Below, one piece after another: positions 46,389 to 56,170 of a DNA stretch of 64,000 bases. The notes under the pieces are model-generated. The model did no database searches, was not told the origin of the DNA, and was given only the letters and a program-made list of their open reading frames with translations. Positions within the stretch are counted from its first letter, which is position 1; each line of letters opens with the position of its first letter. Origin of the DNA: Phycisphaerae bacterium. Lineage in GTDB: Bacteria > Planctomycetota > Phycisphaerae > UBA1845 > Fen-1342. The stretch is taken from assembly GCA_028277645.1 (NCBI GenBank), contig JANQFV010000015.1, forward strand, positions 51,298-115,297, read 5' to 3'. Position numbers and translations under genes: made by a program.

Positions 46389-48503
46389 GTGGAGGACCGC
46401 CCGCGAACCGCCGATAACGCAATAGAGGCTGCCCAGGACAACCTGATGACCAATGACGACGCGCAGCAAGAGGCGTTTGGATTCTGGACCGAGTGGTCCC
46501 GTCGCAATCGCATTGCGCTGAGTCTGTTTGCGCACGTTGCCCTGTTCGCGCTTGCCTGGGTCGGCGCCTTCGCCCTGGCTTACAATTTCAAGCGGTCCCC
46601 CGCATTCGGCGCGCCGCTTCGCTGGTTGAAGTCGCTGTTCACGGAGGTTGAACCGGTCAACCCAGCCGCGTTCGACTGGTTTACCGAGTTCTGCCTACCG
46701 CTGATCCTGCCAGTTCTGGCGCTCAAGCTCACCGCGTTTGTCATCTTCGGCCTGCACCGCGCTTCGTGGCGCTACGTTAGTCTGCGTGACGTCTTTCGCG
46801 TCGCCAAGGCCGCCTGGTGGGGATTCTTCGGCATATTCCTGGTCTACTACGGCCTGCTCAATGCTGGTTCACTCGGTTTTCGTGTGTTTGACGATCGGTT
46901 TCCTGACTCGGTCTTCCTGCTCGACTTCGCGGGCACGATCGCGCTGGTCGTGGGGGCGCGTCTCGCCGTCCGCTTGTACTATGAAGAGGTGCGTCCAGCA
47001 GTTGAGGGAGTCATTCCGAAGCTCCTGATCGTCGGAGCGGGCAACGCCGGCGAGAACGCCGTCCGCGAGATCCTGCGGATGCCGGTGGAACAATATCACG
47101 TCGTCGGCTTCCTGGACGACGACGACGCCAAGCAGGGCGCACAGATTCACGGCATCGAGGTCCTGGGCCGCGTCGAGCAGATTCGCGAGACCTGTGCACA
47201 GTATTCGGTCGACGAAATCCTGATCGCGATGCCCTCTGCGTCCCGGCAGCGCATCCGCACTGTCATCGAGATGTGTCAGGGCGACAACCTGCGCTTCAAG
47301 ACGCTGCCGGCCCTGACGGACCTGATCTCTGGCCGCGCGTCCGTCAAGGAAATCCGCGACGTTGATATCAACGACCTGCTCGGCCGGGCACCCGTCAAGC
47401 TCGACGAAGAACAGATCGCGGACTTCATCCGCGACCGCACGATTGTCGTCACAGGCGCCGGCGGATCCATCGGCGCGGAGATGTGCCGCCAGGTCGCACG
47501 CTTCCATCCGCAACGGCTTGTACTGATCGAGCAAGCGGAACCGAGCCTGTTCCTGATTGACCGAGAACTCAGCGCCGCGAACACCGACATCGACATCGTG
47601 CCCTACATTGCGGACATCGCCGATCGGGACCGTGTCGCCTGGATTCTCGGCCGCGAACACCCTAGCGCCGTCATCCACGCCGCCGCCCATAAGCACGTGC
47701 CGATGATGGAACTCAATCCCGGCGAGGCCGTCAAGAACAACATCCGCGGCACGCGCGTCGTGGCCGACGCGGCGGTGGAATTTGGCTGCGACCGCTTCGT
47801 CATGATCTCGACCGACAAGGCGGTCAACCCGACGAGCGTGATGGGCTGCAGCAAGCGCGTAGCCGAAATGTACATCCAGGGCCTGAACGCGCGTTCGAAA
47901 ACTCAGTTCGTCACGGTGCGTTTTGGCAACGTGCTCGGCTCTTCAGGCTCGGTCATCCCGATCTTTCGCGACCAAATCGCCCGCGGCGGCCCGGTGACGG
48001 TGACGCACCCGGACATGGTGCGATACTTCATGACCATCCCAGAGGCTGCCCAACTAGTATTGCAGGCCGCGTCAATGGGGCACGGCGGTGAGATCTTCGT
48101 GCTGGACATGGGCGAGCAGGTGAAGATCGCCGACCTGGCCCGCCAGATGATCGTGCTCTCCGGTCTGCGGCCCGACGTCGATATCGAAATTGCGTACACC
48201 GGCATTCGACCGGGGGAGAAACTGTACGAAGAGCTCGCGATCGACGGCGAAAACGTCTCCCGTACCGCGCATCCGAAGATCGGCATCTGGAGCAACCTCA
48301 CGGTTGACTGGGATACGCTTGTCCCCGATATCGACAAACTCGTCGACGATGCGGACGGCCTGGATCGCAAGCAGGCGCGACGGCGCTTGAAGACCATCGT
48401 GCCCGAGTTCTACCTCGAACCGCCGGACGCGAATACGTCGGCCGGTCAATCTGCGCAGACCACCACGGCACCCGCCGGTCAGCCGAAGGTCGCCCCGGCG
48501 TAG
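46389..48503 (+). CDS. membrane-bound polysaccharide biosynthesis protein, CapD/PglF/WbpM-type NDP-sugar 4,6-dehydratase
   Basis: N-terminal TM helices and two Rossmann segments (LIVGAGNAG; VVTGAGGSIGAEMCRQV). SDR catalytic context ISTDKAVNPTSVMGCSKRVAE. Start uncertain; an ATG at 46446 is also possible. Confidence 0.85.
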   Translation: MEDRPRTADNAIEAAQDNLMTNDDAQQEAFGFWTEWSRRNRIALSLFAHVALFALAWVGAFALAYNFKRSPAFGAPLRWLKSLFTEVEPVNPAAFDWFTEFCLPLILPVLALKLTAFVIFGLHRASWRYVSLRDVFRVAKAAWWGFFGIFLVYYGLLNAGSLGFRVFDDRFPDSVFLLDFAGTIALVVGARLAVRLYYEEVRPAVEGVIPKLLIVGAGNAGENAVREILRMPVEQYHVVGFLDDDDAKQGAQIHGIEVLGRVEQIRETCAQYSVDEILIAMPSASRQRIRTVIEMCQGDNLRFKTLPALTDLISGRASVKEIRDVDINDLLGRAPVKLDEEQIADFIRDRTIVVTGAGGSIGAEMCRQVARFHPQRLVLIEQAEPSLFLIDRELSAANTDIDIVPYIADIADRDRVAWILGREHPSAVIHAAAHKHVPMMELNPGEAVKNNIRGTRVVADAAVEFGCDRFVMISTDKAVNPTSVMGCSKRVAEMYIQGLNARSKTQFVTVRFGNVLGSSGSVIPIFRDQIARGGPVTVTHPDMVRYFMTIPEAAQLVLQAASMGHGGEIFVLDMGEQVKIADLARQMIVLSGLRPDVDIEIAYTGIRPGEKLYEELAIDGENVSRTAHPKIGIWSNLTVDWDTLVPDIDKLVDDADGLDRKQARRRLKTIVPEFYLEPPDANTSAGQSAQTTTAPAGQPKVAPA

Positions 48504-48580
48504 AGTCGCTCTGTAGCCGCAAGTACTTCCGACTACGCCGGTTCCACCCCATAGCGTGGTTTACGCCTATACTACGTCGC

Positions 48581-49723
48581 ATGCCTAAACGCGTGATCAT
48601 TCTGGGTTCGACCGGTTCGATCGGTCGTTCCGCTCTCGACGTGACACAAAACCTGTCTGCGGACGTACAGATCGTCGGTCTGGCAGCCCGGACAAACTGG
48701 GAGCCGCTCGCTGAGCAGGCGCGCGACTTCGTGCCCCAGGCCGTGTGTATCGCCGAGGAGCAGCACTTCGACGATCTCCGCAAGATGTGCCCGCGCGAGA
48801 CACACGTCATCGCGGGCCCTGAAGGTCTGGTCGAACTGGTGACGATGCTCGACGCCGACTTCGTGCTGGCGGGCATCGTCGGCGCCGCGGGTCTGCCGGC
48901 CACGCTGGCCGCGGTGGAACGGGGCCTCGACGTCGGCCTGGCTAACAAGGAATCGCTCGTCGTAGCCGGCGCCCTGCTCATGCCGCTAGCTGAGGAGCGC
49001 GGCTCTACCCTGATCCCGGTCGACAGCGAGCACTCGGCCATCTTTCAGGCTCTGCACGCCGGTCACCGTGACGACGTCCGGCGCGTACATCTCACCGCTT
49101 CTGGCGGCCCTTTCCGTTCGTGGCCGCTCGAACGGATCCGCGCCGCTACGTTAGACGACGCGCTAAACCATCCGACCTGGTCGATGGGGCCGAAGATCAC
49201 AATCGACAGCGCGACGATGATGAACAAAACCCTGGAGATCATTGAGGCTCACTGGCTGTTTAACCTGCCTGTTGACCAGATCGACGTGCTGATCCACCCT
49301 GAGTCAGTCGTGCACTCGATGGTCGAATTCAACGACGGCTCGCTGATCGCACAACTTGGCACACCTGATATGAAAACGCCGATACAATACGCATTGACGT
49401 ACCCGCGGCGGGTATCGGGGATTGCCGATGCGCTCGACTGGAGCCAGGCGCGCTGCCTGAACTTCGAGCCCCCGGACTTTGAGCGCTTCCCCGCTCTGCG
49501 GCTGGGCTACGAAGCCGCTCAGAACGGCGGCACTGCCGGTGCGGTCCTCAACGCGGCGAACGAAATCGCCGTGGAACGTTTCCGCAGAGGCGAGATCGAT
49601 TTTGGCCAGATCGTGGAGTTCACGGAGCTGGCGCTGACACGATACGCCCATGAAGAACATCCAACACTCGACGCGCTACTCGAAGCCGATGCGTGGGCGC
49701 GGACAGAGGTTTCTAGATGCTGA
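48581..49723 (+). CDS. dxr: 1-deoxy-D-xylulose-5-phosphate reductoisomerase
   Basis: ILGSTGSIGRSALDV, LANKESLV, DSEHSAIFQ, HPTWSMGPKITIDSATMMNK. Confidence 0.93.
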   Translation: MPKRVIILGSTGSIGRSALDVTQNLSADVQIVGLAARTNWEPLAEQARDFVPQAVCIAEEQHFDDLRKMCPRETHVIAGPEGLVELVTMLDADFVLAGIVGAAGLPATLAAVERGLDVGLANKESLVVAGALLMPLAEERGSTLIPVDSEHSAIFQALHAGHRDDVRRVHLTASGGPFRSWPLERIRAATLDDALNHPTWSMGPKITIDSATMMNKTLEIIEAHWLFNLPVDQIDVLIHPESVVHSMVEFNDGSLIAQLGTPDMKTPIQYALTYPRRVSGIADALDWSQARCLNFEPPDFERFPALRLGYEAAQNGGTAGAVLNAANEIAVERFRRGEIDFGQIVEFTELALTRYAHEEHPTLDALLEADAWARTEVSRC

Positions 49724-51984
49724 ATGACGGTCTGAGTTCCCCCTTGATCCTGGCGGCGTCCCCGCTGCTCGAGTGGTTATACAACGGCTGGCTGTTCCTG
49801 AAGGTCCTCGTCGGATTCTCGGCGGTGATCTTCGTGCACGAGCTGGGCCACTTCCTCGCGGCGAAGTGGATGGGCATCCGTGTCGATCGCTTTGCCATCG
49901 GCTTCTTCCAACGTGTGGTCGGCTATCGGCCAGGCGAGGGCCTCACGTTCGGCACCCGCCCGGAATACACGGCCGAGGAGTTGGCTGCCAGGGGCTATGG
50001 CGAGACTGACTACTGTCTGAACATCCTGCCGTTTGGCGGCTACGTACGCATGCTCGGACAGGACGACATCATCATCAACGAAGAGACCGGCGAAATTAAG
50101 ACAAGTGACGATCCGCGCTCATTCACCAACAAGCCCGTGCATCGCCGCATGGTGGTCGTGTCCGCGGGCGTGATCTTCAACGTGATCTTTGCGATTCTGG
50201 CGTATGCGCTGATCTTCGCGGGCCCGGGCAAGGCGATGGTCGCCCCCGTCGTCACGGTCGAGGCCGGCGGCCCGGCCGCCGAGGCCGGCCTGTTGACCGG
50301 CGACCGCATCGTCTCGATCAATGACGGTGCGGTGCGCTCGTTTGTCGACGTGGTCAAAGGCGTCCTGCTGTCCAGTGGCCCGGTGACCCTGCGCGTCCAG
50401 CGTGATGGCCAGGAGATTAAAGGACCCATCGTCGTTCACCCGCGGCCCAACGACATGATCGGCCGCTCCATCGGCGTCGGTTACATGTACGACACCAGCC
50501 TTTCCGTCGAGCGCGGCAGCGTGCTGGACGGCCCGCCGCTGGTACCCGGCGATCGCCTCGTGGGCATTAACGACCAGCCGGTCGAGTCTCTGTTCGACGC
50601 CATGCGCGCTGTGCGGGAATGCGGCGGACAGGAGCTCGAGCTGCAAGTAGCGCGCGGCGATCCGGATACGCCTGAAGAGACTGAAATCGTGACCTACAGG
50701 CACCGGCCGTTGCTCGCGATCCTGCCCGCCGATCCGCGAGCCGACCAGGAAGGCGCCATTCTGGATTCGGAGCACCTGCTCGGCTTCGTGCGGCGGCTCC
50801 AGGTGCGGGCCGTGTTGCCCGACACCCCGGCGGAGAAGGCCGGCTTCCAGGCCGGCGACGTCATCGCCGAGTGGGGCAACGTCCCCAATCCGCGGCACAG
50901 CGACATCAAGGACAGCATTGAGGCCAACGAAGGCCGCGTAGTTCCCGTCGTGGTTGATCGCGGCGGAACCCTGGAGCGACTCGAGGTCGTTCCCCGACGC
51001 GAGTTCACGCTGTTCTCAAAGCAAGGGCCGCGCGTCGGCATCGAGTTCATCGCTGACCAGAACGCCGCGGTCGTGGCCGATATCGCGCGCGAGACGCCGG
51101 CGGTCGGCGTCGGATTGCCGCGTGGCGCACGCATCGTCGCGATTGACGACACGCCGATCACAACCTGGATCGACGTCTTCGAGCAGTTCAAGCGTTCCGT
51201 CGGATCGACGGTGAGCGTGCGTTACGAAACCGCCGGCGACACCGCTGAAGGGTCGCTGACGGTGCCGCCGTCGGTGACGAGTGTGCTAGACCTGCCGCCA
51301 ATGGCGCGGATCGACCTGATCGCTGGAGAGCGCGATGTGCGCATGGACACCGGTCGGACCGTGCCGCTGCCCGATCCGCGCGCTGTGCGTTTGCTGTTGG
51401 AGAAACATGTCGGCGAGACGATTACGGTTTCGTACGTGCGCGATGAGACCGACGCCGAGCGTGTGACCGCCACATTCGCCGTCACCGCGGACAATCTCGA
51501 CCCGTGGCAACTGCGCTGTAGCTACGCACTCGATGTGCTCGCACTATCGCCGCGGACCGAGAACGTTAGTGCGGGTGGCAATCCGTTTCTCGCGCTGTGG
51601 ATGGGAACGAAGGAAAGCGGCAGCGTGCTGCGGGACGTGTACCTGGTGGTCAAGGGCATGTTCACGCCGCGGAGTGCGGTCAGCCCGAAGAACGTGTCCG
51701 GGCCGGTCGGGATCTTCAAGCACGCGATTCAGGAAGCGGACACGAGCTATACCGACCTGCTGTACTTCCTCGCGTACATCTCGGTGAACCTGGCGGTGAT
51801 TAATTTCCTGCCGCTGCCAGTTGTCGATGGCGGGCTGATGGTCTTCCTGCTGCTCGAGAAGATCCGCGGCAAACCGCTGTCGATCAAGGTGCAGGTCACG
51901 ACGACGCTGATCGGCCTCGCGCTGATCGTGGGCGTCTTCTTGCTCGTCACGTTCCAGGACATCACGCAACTCTGGCAGGGGTAG
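49717..51984 (+). CDS. rseP: RIP (site-2) zinc metalloprotease RseP with four PDZ-like domains
   Basis: HELGHFLAAKWMG (HExxH). C-terminal NLAVINFLPLPVVDGG (LDG motif). Four PDZ-like segments: GLLTGDRIVSIND, LVPGDRLVGIND, GFQAGDVIAEWG, LPRGARIVAIDD. The ATG overlaps the dxr stop. Confidence 0.88.
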   Translation: MLNDGLSSPLILAASPLLEWLYNGWLFLKVLVGFSAVIFVHELGHFLAAKWMGIRVDRFAIGFFQRVVGYRPGEGLTFGTRPEYTAEELAARGYGETDYCLNILPFGGYVRMLGQDDIIINEETGEIKTSDDPRSFTNKPVHRRMVVVSAGVIFNVIFAILAYALIFAGPGKAMVAPVVTVEAGGPAAEAGLLTGDRIVSINDGAVRSFVDVVKGVLLSSGPVTLRVQRDGQEIKGPIVVHPRPNDMIGRSIGVGYMYDTSLSVERGSVLDGPPLVPGDRLVGINDQPVESLFDAMRAVRECGGQELELQVARGDPDTPEETEIVTYRHRPLLAILPADPRADQEGAILDSEHLLGFVRRLQVRAVLPDTPAEKAGFQAGDVIAEWGNVPNPRHSDIKDSIEANEGRVVPVVVDRGGTLERLEVVPRREFTLFSKQGPRVGIEFIADQNAAVVADIARETPAVGVGLPRGARIVAIDDTPITTWIDVFEQFKRSVGSTVSVRYETAGDTAEGSLTVPPSVTSVLDLPPMARIDLIAGERDVRMDTGRTVPLPDPRAVRLLLEKHVGETITVSYVRDETDAERVTATFAVTADNLDPWQLRCSYALDVLALSPRTENVSAGGNPFLALWMGTKESGSVLRDVYLVVKGMFTPRSAVSPKNVSGPVGIFKHAIQEADTSYTDLLYFLAYISVNLAVINFLPLPVVDGGLMVFLLLEKIRGKPLSIKVQVTTTLIGLALIVGVFLLVTFQDITQLWQG

Positions 51985-52061
51985 TTAGCGATCGGCCATG
52001 AGCTGTAAGCCATAAGCCGTCAGCTATCAGCCGTCAGCCAGAATCTACGTCGGCCGCTGCG

Positions 52062-53099
52062 TTAGAACAGCGTCATCTGCCGCGGCGATTCGCGCCGTTC
52101 GCATTGCTTCCAGGCCTGGCCGCCGTCCAGGTCGTAGCGCGTTGCCATCACTTGAAACAGCTTCTGCACGCTCCGCCAGTACGGGCCATCGCCGCTCATG
52201 CGGGCTCCGAAGCGTGGGTCATTCAGGCGGCCGTTGTGCATGTCGCGAATGCGCGCTTCGACGCGATCGGCGTGCTCGGGCAGCTCGCGGCGCAGACGCG
52301 TCAAGAACACCTCCGCCACATTCCCCGGTAGCCGCACCGGCATGAACGAGGCGGCCTGCGCACCACAAGCCGCCGCTTGCTCCAGCAACGTCGGAATATC
52401 GCGGTCGTTTAGCCCCGGAATGATCGGTGCGATCATCACACCCGCGCGAATTCCCGCGGCGGCAAGTTTGCTCACGGTATCGAACCGCTGACTCGGTGCC
52501 GGCGCTCCGACGTCGACCTTCCGTGCGACGGCATCGTCGGCGAACGCGATGCTGATGTACACCGACACATCCGCCCGCGCGTTGAGCGCTGCGAGCACGT
52601 CGAGATCCCGCAGCACGAGCGGCGCTTTCGTCACGATTCCGACCGGGTTCGCCCGCAACGCGCACACTTCGAGACATTGCCGCGTTAGCCGATAGCGCGC
52701 TTCCAGCGGCTGATAGCAGTCCGTCACGCCGGAGAACGCGATTTCTTCGCGCCGCCACGACTTGCGGGCCAGTTCCGCCGCGAGCAGTTCGGGCGCGTTG
52801 ATCTTCACGTGAATCTGTGTGTCGAAGTCCGAGCCCGCACCGAGGTCGAGGTACTCGTGCGTGCGGCGGGCGTAGCAGTAGGCACACGCGTGCTGGCAGC
52901 CGCGATACGGATTGACCGACCAGCGAAACCCGATGTCGGGGCTGTCGTTGCACGTCAGCAGCGAACAGGCCCGCTCCTCGACCACCTGGAGCCGCGCCCC
53001 CTGCACTTCCAACCATTGCACGCCGCGGCGAGACAGAGCGTTCGTTGGATTGTCGACAAGCCGCATCTCTGAAGCCCCAGTGGTCCAAACCGGCTGCAT
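52062..53099 (-). CDS. radical SAM protein, PA0069/SplB-like family (COG1533)
   Basis: CQHACAYCYAR is the CxxxCxxC cluster in the sequence context typical of this family. TIM-barrel length ~345 aa. Confidence 0.75.
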   Translation of the reverse strand: MQPVWTTGASEMRLVDNPTNALSRRGVQWLEVQGARLQVVEERACSLLTCNDSPDIGFRWSVNPYRGCQHACAYCYARRTHEYLDLGAGSDFDTQIHVKINAPELLAAELARKSWRREEIAFSGVTDCYQPLEARYRLTRQCLEVCALRANPVGIVTKAPLVLRDLDVLAALNARADVSVYISIAFADDAVARKVDVGAPAPSQRFDTVSKLAAAGIRAGVMIAPIIPGLNDRDIPTLLEQAAACGAQAASFMPVRLPGNVAEVFLTRLRRELPEHADRVEARIRDMHNGRLNDPRFGARMSGDGPYWRSVQKLFQVMATRYDLDGGQAWKQCERRESPRQMTLF

Positions 53100-53527
53100 G
53101 ATAGTCGGTTTTTGTTAGGATCGCAAGAGCCGCAGCGAGGAAGAGTATCAAGGGTATCAGGTTTGTGCCTCTCGGTTTGATACTCTTCCAGTTCCGATGC
53201 GTATTGGGTGGTTTTATAGGACCTGAATCCAGGATTCCAGGATGCGAGGATTCGAGGATGCCAGGGAGCGCCTCCACGCGCGGGCTCACTTCTTGGGGTC
53301 TCTTGGCCGTTTGAGTACTACATAGATAACGGGTCATGTGGGGAGTATGTCGTGGCGGTGTGGCCTTGCGTCGGGCGGCTGGGGGCTTGTCGGTGGTTGG
53401 GGGAGTTACGGGGGGTTTGTCACGGCGCGGCGTGCGCGCGAGGTGCTATGGATGCTATACTTTCTAGGAACGGAACGAGCGAGCCCCTCCCTGCGTCTCC
53501 GGCCGACCGGGAGGTCGGCCGCTACCT

Positions 53528-54700
53528 TTGAGATCGACGGTGTCAAATCAGTCGCGTTTGACGGCTGCCGTGGTGAACGCCGGCAGCGTTGTGCCGGAGC
53601 CGATCAACTGGTTGTGGCCGGGGCGGATTCCGCACGGGCAGTTGACGCTGCTGGTCGGGGAGCCCGGAACGGGGAAGTCGCTGCTGGCCGCGGAACTGGC
53701 AGCGTGCGTCACTACCGGATCGGCCTGGCCGGATCAGTCGGAACAGGCGACCAGCGAACAGTCTCCACCGGCAGTCGAGACGCAGTCACGGCGCGCCGAC
53801 CCGGACGAGCCGATGCGTCCATGGGACACGAACCCGATCTTTGCGACACCGCCGCCGGCGGGTGTACCGGTTCACGACGGCGATGTAGTCATCACGTCAC
53901 CTGAGGATCACCCTTCGCAGGTACTCCTGCCGCGGCTCGCGGCGGCCGGCGCGGTGCTCGACCGTGTCGCGATCTTGTGCGGCACGGTGCGCGAAGGGGC
54001 CTCCACCACGAGCGCGGCGCCATTACAACTACCCGACGATATCGGCGTACTGTGGTCGCCGATCATCGGCGTTCGCAAGGTGCGGCTGCTGGTTCTCGAT
54101 CCGTTGCACGCCCTGCTGTCGCCGGCCGCGCAATGCAACCCGGCGATCCTGAGCGGGCTGCTGGCTGAACTAGCGAACAGGGCGCGACGGTTCAACGTCA
54201 CGATCGTGGCGACGGTCCATCTGGCGAAGTCTGCACGGTCGCGGGCACTGTACCGCGTGCGTGGATCGATCTGTCTGACGGCCGCAGCACGGGCAGCGCA
54301 CTTGCTGACGATAGATCCGGACGATCGCAATCGGCGAATACTCGCGCCGCTGAAGACGGTGTATGGAGCGCCGGCGGAACCACTGGCGTTTCGCATTGCG
54401 GAGCGCGACGCGGGCGATGCGGCGCCGTACGTGGTGTGGGAGAAGGAGCCGGCGCGACCGCCGGCGGAGTTGATGGATCTGGCAACGGAACTGGGGTCGG
54501 CGTTGTCGGAAGCGTGTGCGTGGCTGGCGGACCTGCTCGGCTCCGGTTCGCGCCCGGCGCGCGAGGTATTGGCGGCGGCGCACGAGGTGGGGATTCCGCG
54601 GGCGACTTTGTTTCGGGCAAAGCGGTTGTTGGGGGTGCGGTCGAAGCGATTGCGGGAGGAGTGGATTTGGGAAGGGAGAGGATTGAGGGTTGAGGATTGA
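53528..54700 (+). CDS. RepA/AAA_25-like RecA-fold ATPase with C-terminal HTH (mobile-element type)
   Basis: INWLWPGRIPHGQLTLLVGEPGTGKSLLAAELAACV is typical of phage/plasmid AAA_25 proteins. Walker B LLVLDPL. C-terminal AREVLAAAHEVGIPRATLFRAKRLLGV is HTH-like. Start codon uncertain: TTG 53528 or downstream GTGs. Confidence 0.7.
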   Translation: MRSTVSNQSRLTAAVVNAGSVVPEPINWLWPGRIPHGQLTLLVGEPGTGKSLLAAELAACVTTGSAWPDQSEQATSEQSPPAVETQSRRADPDEPMRPWDTNPIFATPPPAGVPVHDGDVVITSPEDHPSQVLLPRLAAAGAVLDRVAILCGTVREGASTTSAAPLQLPDDIGVLWSPIIGVRKVRLLVLDPLHALLSPAAQCNPAILSGLLAELANRARRFNVTIVATVHLAKSARSRALYRVRGSICLTAAARAAHLLTIDPDDRNRRILAPLKTVYGAPAEPLAFRIAERDAGDAAPYVVWEKEPARPPAELMDLATELGSALSEACAWLADLLGSGSRPAREVLAAAHEVGIPRATLFRAKRLLGVRSKRLREEWIWEGRGLRVED

Positions 54701-54849
54701 GGATTGGGGGGGCGGAGCCGCGGGCCGGGGACGGTGGGTTTCGGTATAATCTTTTCGATTGCACCGCGGGGTACGGTCGGGACGGTGCGTTTTGTCTTGA
54801 GTCCGGCGACTCCCGGCCGCCAGTGGGGCATTTCGCGCACGAGTTGCTT

Positions 54850-55686
54850 ATGAACATTCGACCATCATCCCTGCAGGTACCGCCGCCGAAGGACTGGCAG
54901 CAGTTCGAACGGAACATGCGCGACCTGTTTGAGGCGCACTGGGAATCCACCGCAACCATGCACGGTCGCAACGGCCAGCCCCAGAGCGGCGTCGACATAT
55001 ATGGCCAGCCGAACGGCGGAGCGGACTATCACGGCGTTCAGTGCAAAGGACGCGAGGGCAACTTCGGCGTGGCCGTTACCGAGAAGGAACTGACCGACGA
55101 GGTCGAGAAGGCCACGAAGTTCGAGCCGCGGATCACGCGATTCATCCTCGCTACCACGACCGCGCGTGACGCGAAGATCCAGAAGGTTGTACGACGGCTT
55201 AACGAACGCAAACGCAAGCCTCTCACGGTTGAAGTTGCGTTCTGGGATGACATCCTCGCGATCTATGATCAGCATCCGGATGTGTTTGGCCGTCACTATG
55301 GCACTCGTGGAACTTCATCGGAAGGATGGCCTGAGCTGCGCGCCGCCCCCATTCCTCGGATAGAACCGGACCGAATCAAGAAGGCGCGAGACTTGCTAGA
55401 TGATGTTTGCAGAAACCTAGATAGCCGTCGTGCAATGATTGAGGACATCGTGCGACGCAACCTCGAGGCGAAGGAGAGAGGTGGCTACGTGCTGCATGGC
55501 GGCATTGACACGCCGCGCCAAGCCTGGGTCAAGTGGTATGATCGGGATTTGCTGAAGTCGCGAGCAGTCGCAGAAGTCGTTCCCGAGCTACCTGCGCCGC
55601 CGACGGCCGGGGAGACACCGCGAGACTCATATAGGCAACTCGAAGACTGGTGTTACTACGCGAAAAGGTCGCTTGGAATGCAGTAG
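54850..55686 (+). CDS. PD-(D/E)xK (restriction-endonuclease-like) fold protein, function unknown
   Basis: KDWQQFERNMRDLF...GQPQSGVDIYG...YHGVQCKG...FILATT resembles Mrr-like N-terminal nuclease modules, with a D...(Q/E)xK arrangement. Start moved to ATG 54850. GC is lower towards the 3' end. Confidence 0.5.
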   Translation: MNIRPSSLQVPPPKDWQQFERNMRDLFEAHWESTATMHGRNGQPQSGVDIYGQPNGGADYHGVQCKGREGNFGVAVTEKELTDEVEKATKFEPRITRFILATTTARDAKIQKVVRRLNERKRKPLTVEVAFWDDILAIYDQHPDVFGRHYGTRGTSSEGWPELRAAPIPRIEPDRIKKARDLLDDVCRNLDSRRAMIEDIVRRNLEAKERGGYVLHGGIDTPRQAWVKWYDRDLLKSRAVAEVVPELPAPPTAGETPRDSYRQLEDWCYYAKRSLGMQ

Positions 55687-56151
55687 TTGCCTCATCAAGA
55701 CGCGAGTGTTCATTGAACACGATGCATGGCCGTGCGTGATTTCCAGGGAAGCGCCGCGAATTCGTTGAGCAGGTCGCGAAACGCCCTGCGGCGCGGTCCA
55801 AGTCCCGGTGGATTCGAGCGTCGTTGGGGGCGCCCCGCTCCTTCGCCCCTTGTGGGGCGAGGAGACGATGGGGCGTGTTTGTTGCTGACCACGGATTTCG
55901 CTTTGCTGCACCCGTGGCTAAGCGCCTTTGCCCCTGCGGGGCAGTGAACAGCCTTCTCCGTTCCTCTGTATCTCTGTGGTGTTTCTCGTGGCCCCCGAGG
56001 CGGCGCGCGGCCAGACGAAACACATCGCGGCGACGGGCCGAAATGGTCGGCACCGCCGCCGTGAGACACTGGCATTGTCTTCTCTGTGGCTCTGTGTCTT
56101 TGTGGTGAATCTCCTTCGGCTCCTCATCCCCACGGTTCACCCCCCTGTGGT

Positions 56152-56170
56152 CCCCCCTCGATGAGGGGGG
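56152..56170 (-). terminator. hairpin downstream of the Spy/CpxP-like gene
   Basis: CCCCCCTC-GAT-GAGGGGGG lies 19 nt beyond the stop and is flanked by the direct repeat ACGGTTCAC (56132-56140 and 56171-56179). Confidence 0.3.

Noticed and set aside
52219-53337. 372-aa ORF on the minus strand overlapping the radical SAM gene in another frame
   Set aside because: The radical SAM frame carries the CxxxCxxC cluster and family-like sequence. The alternate frame is Arg/Ala/Gly-rich with no motif.
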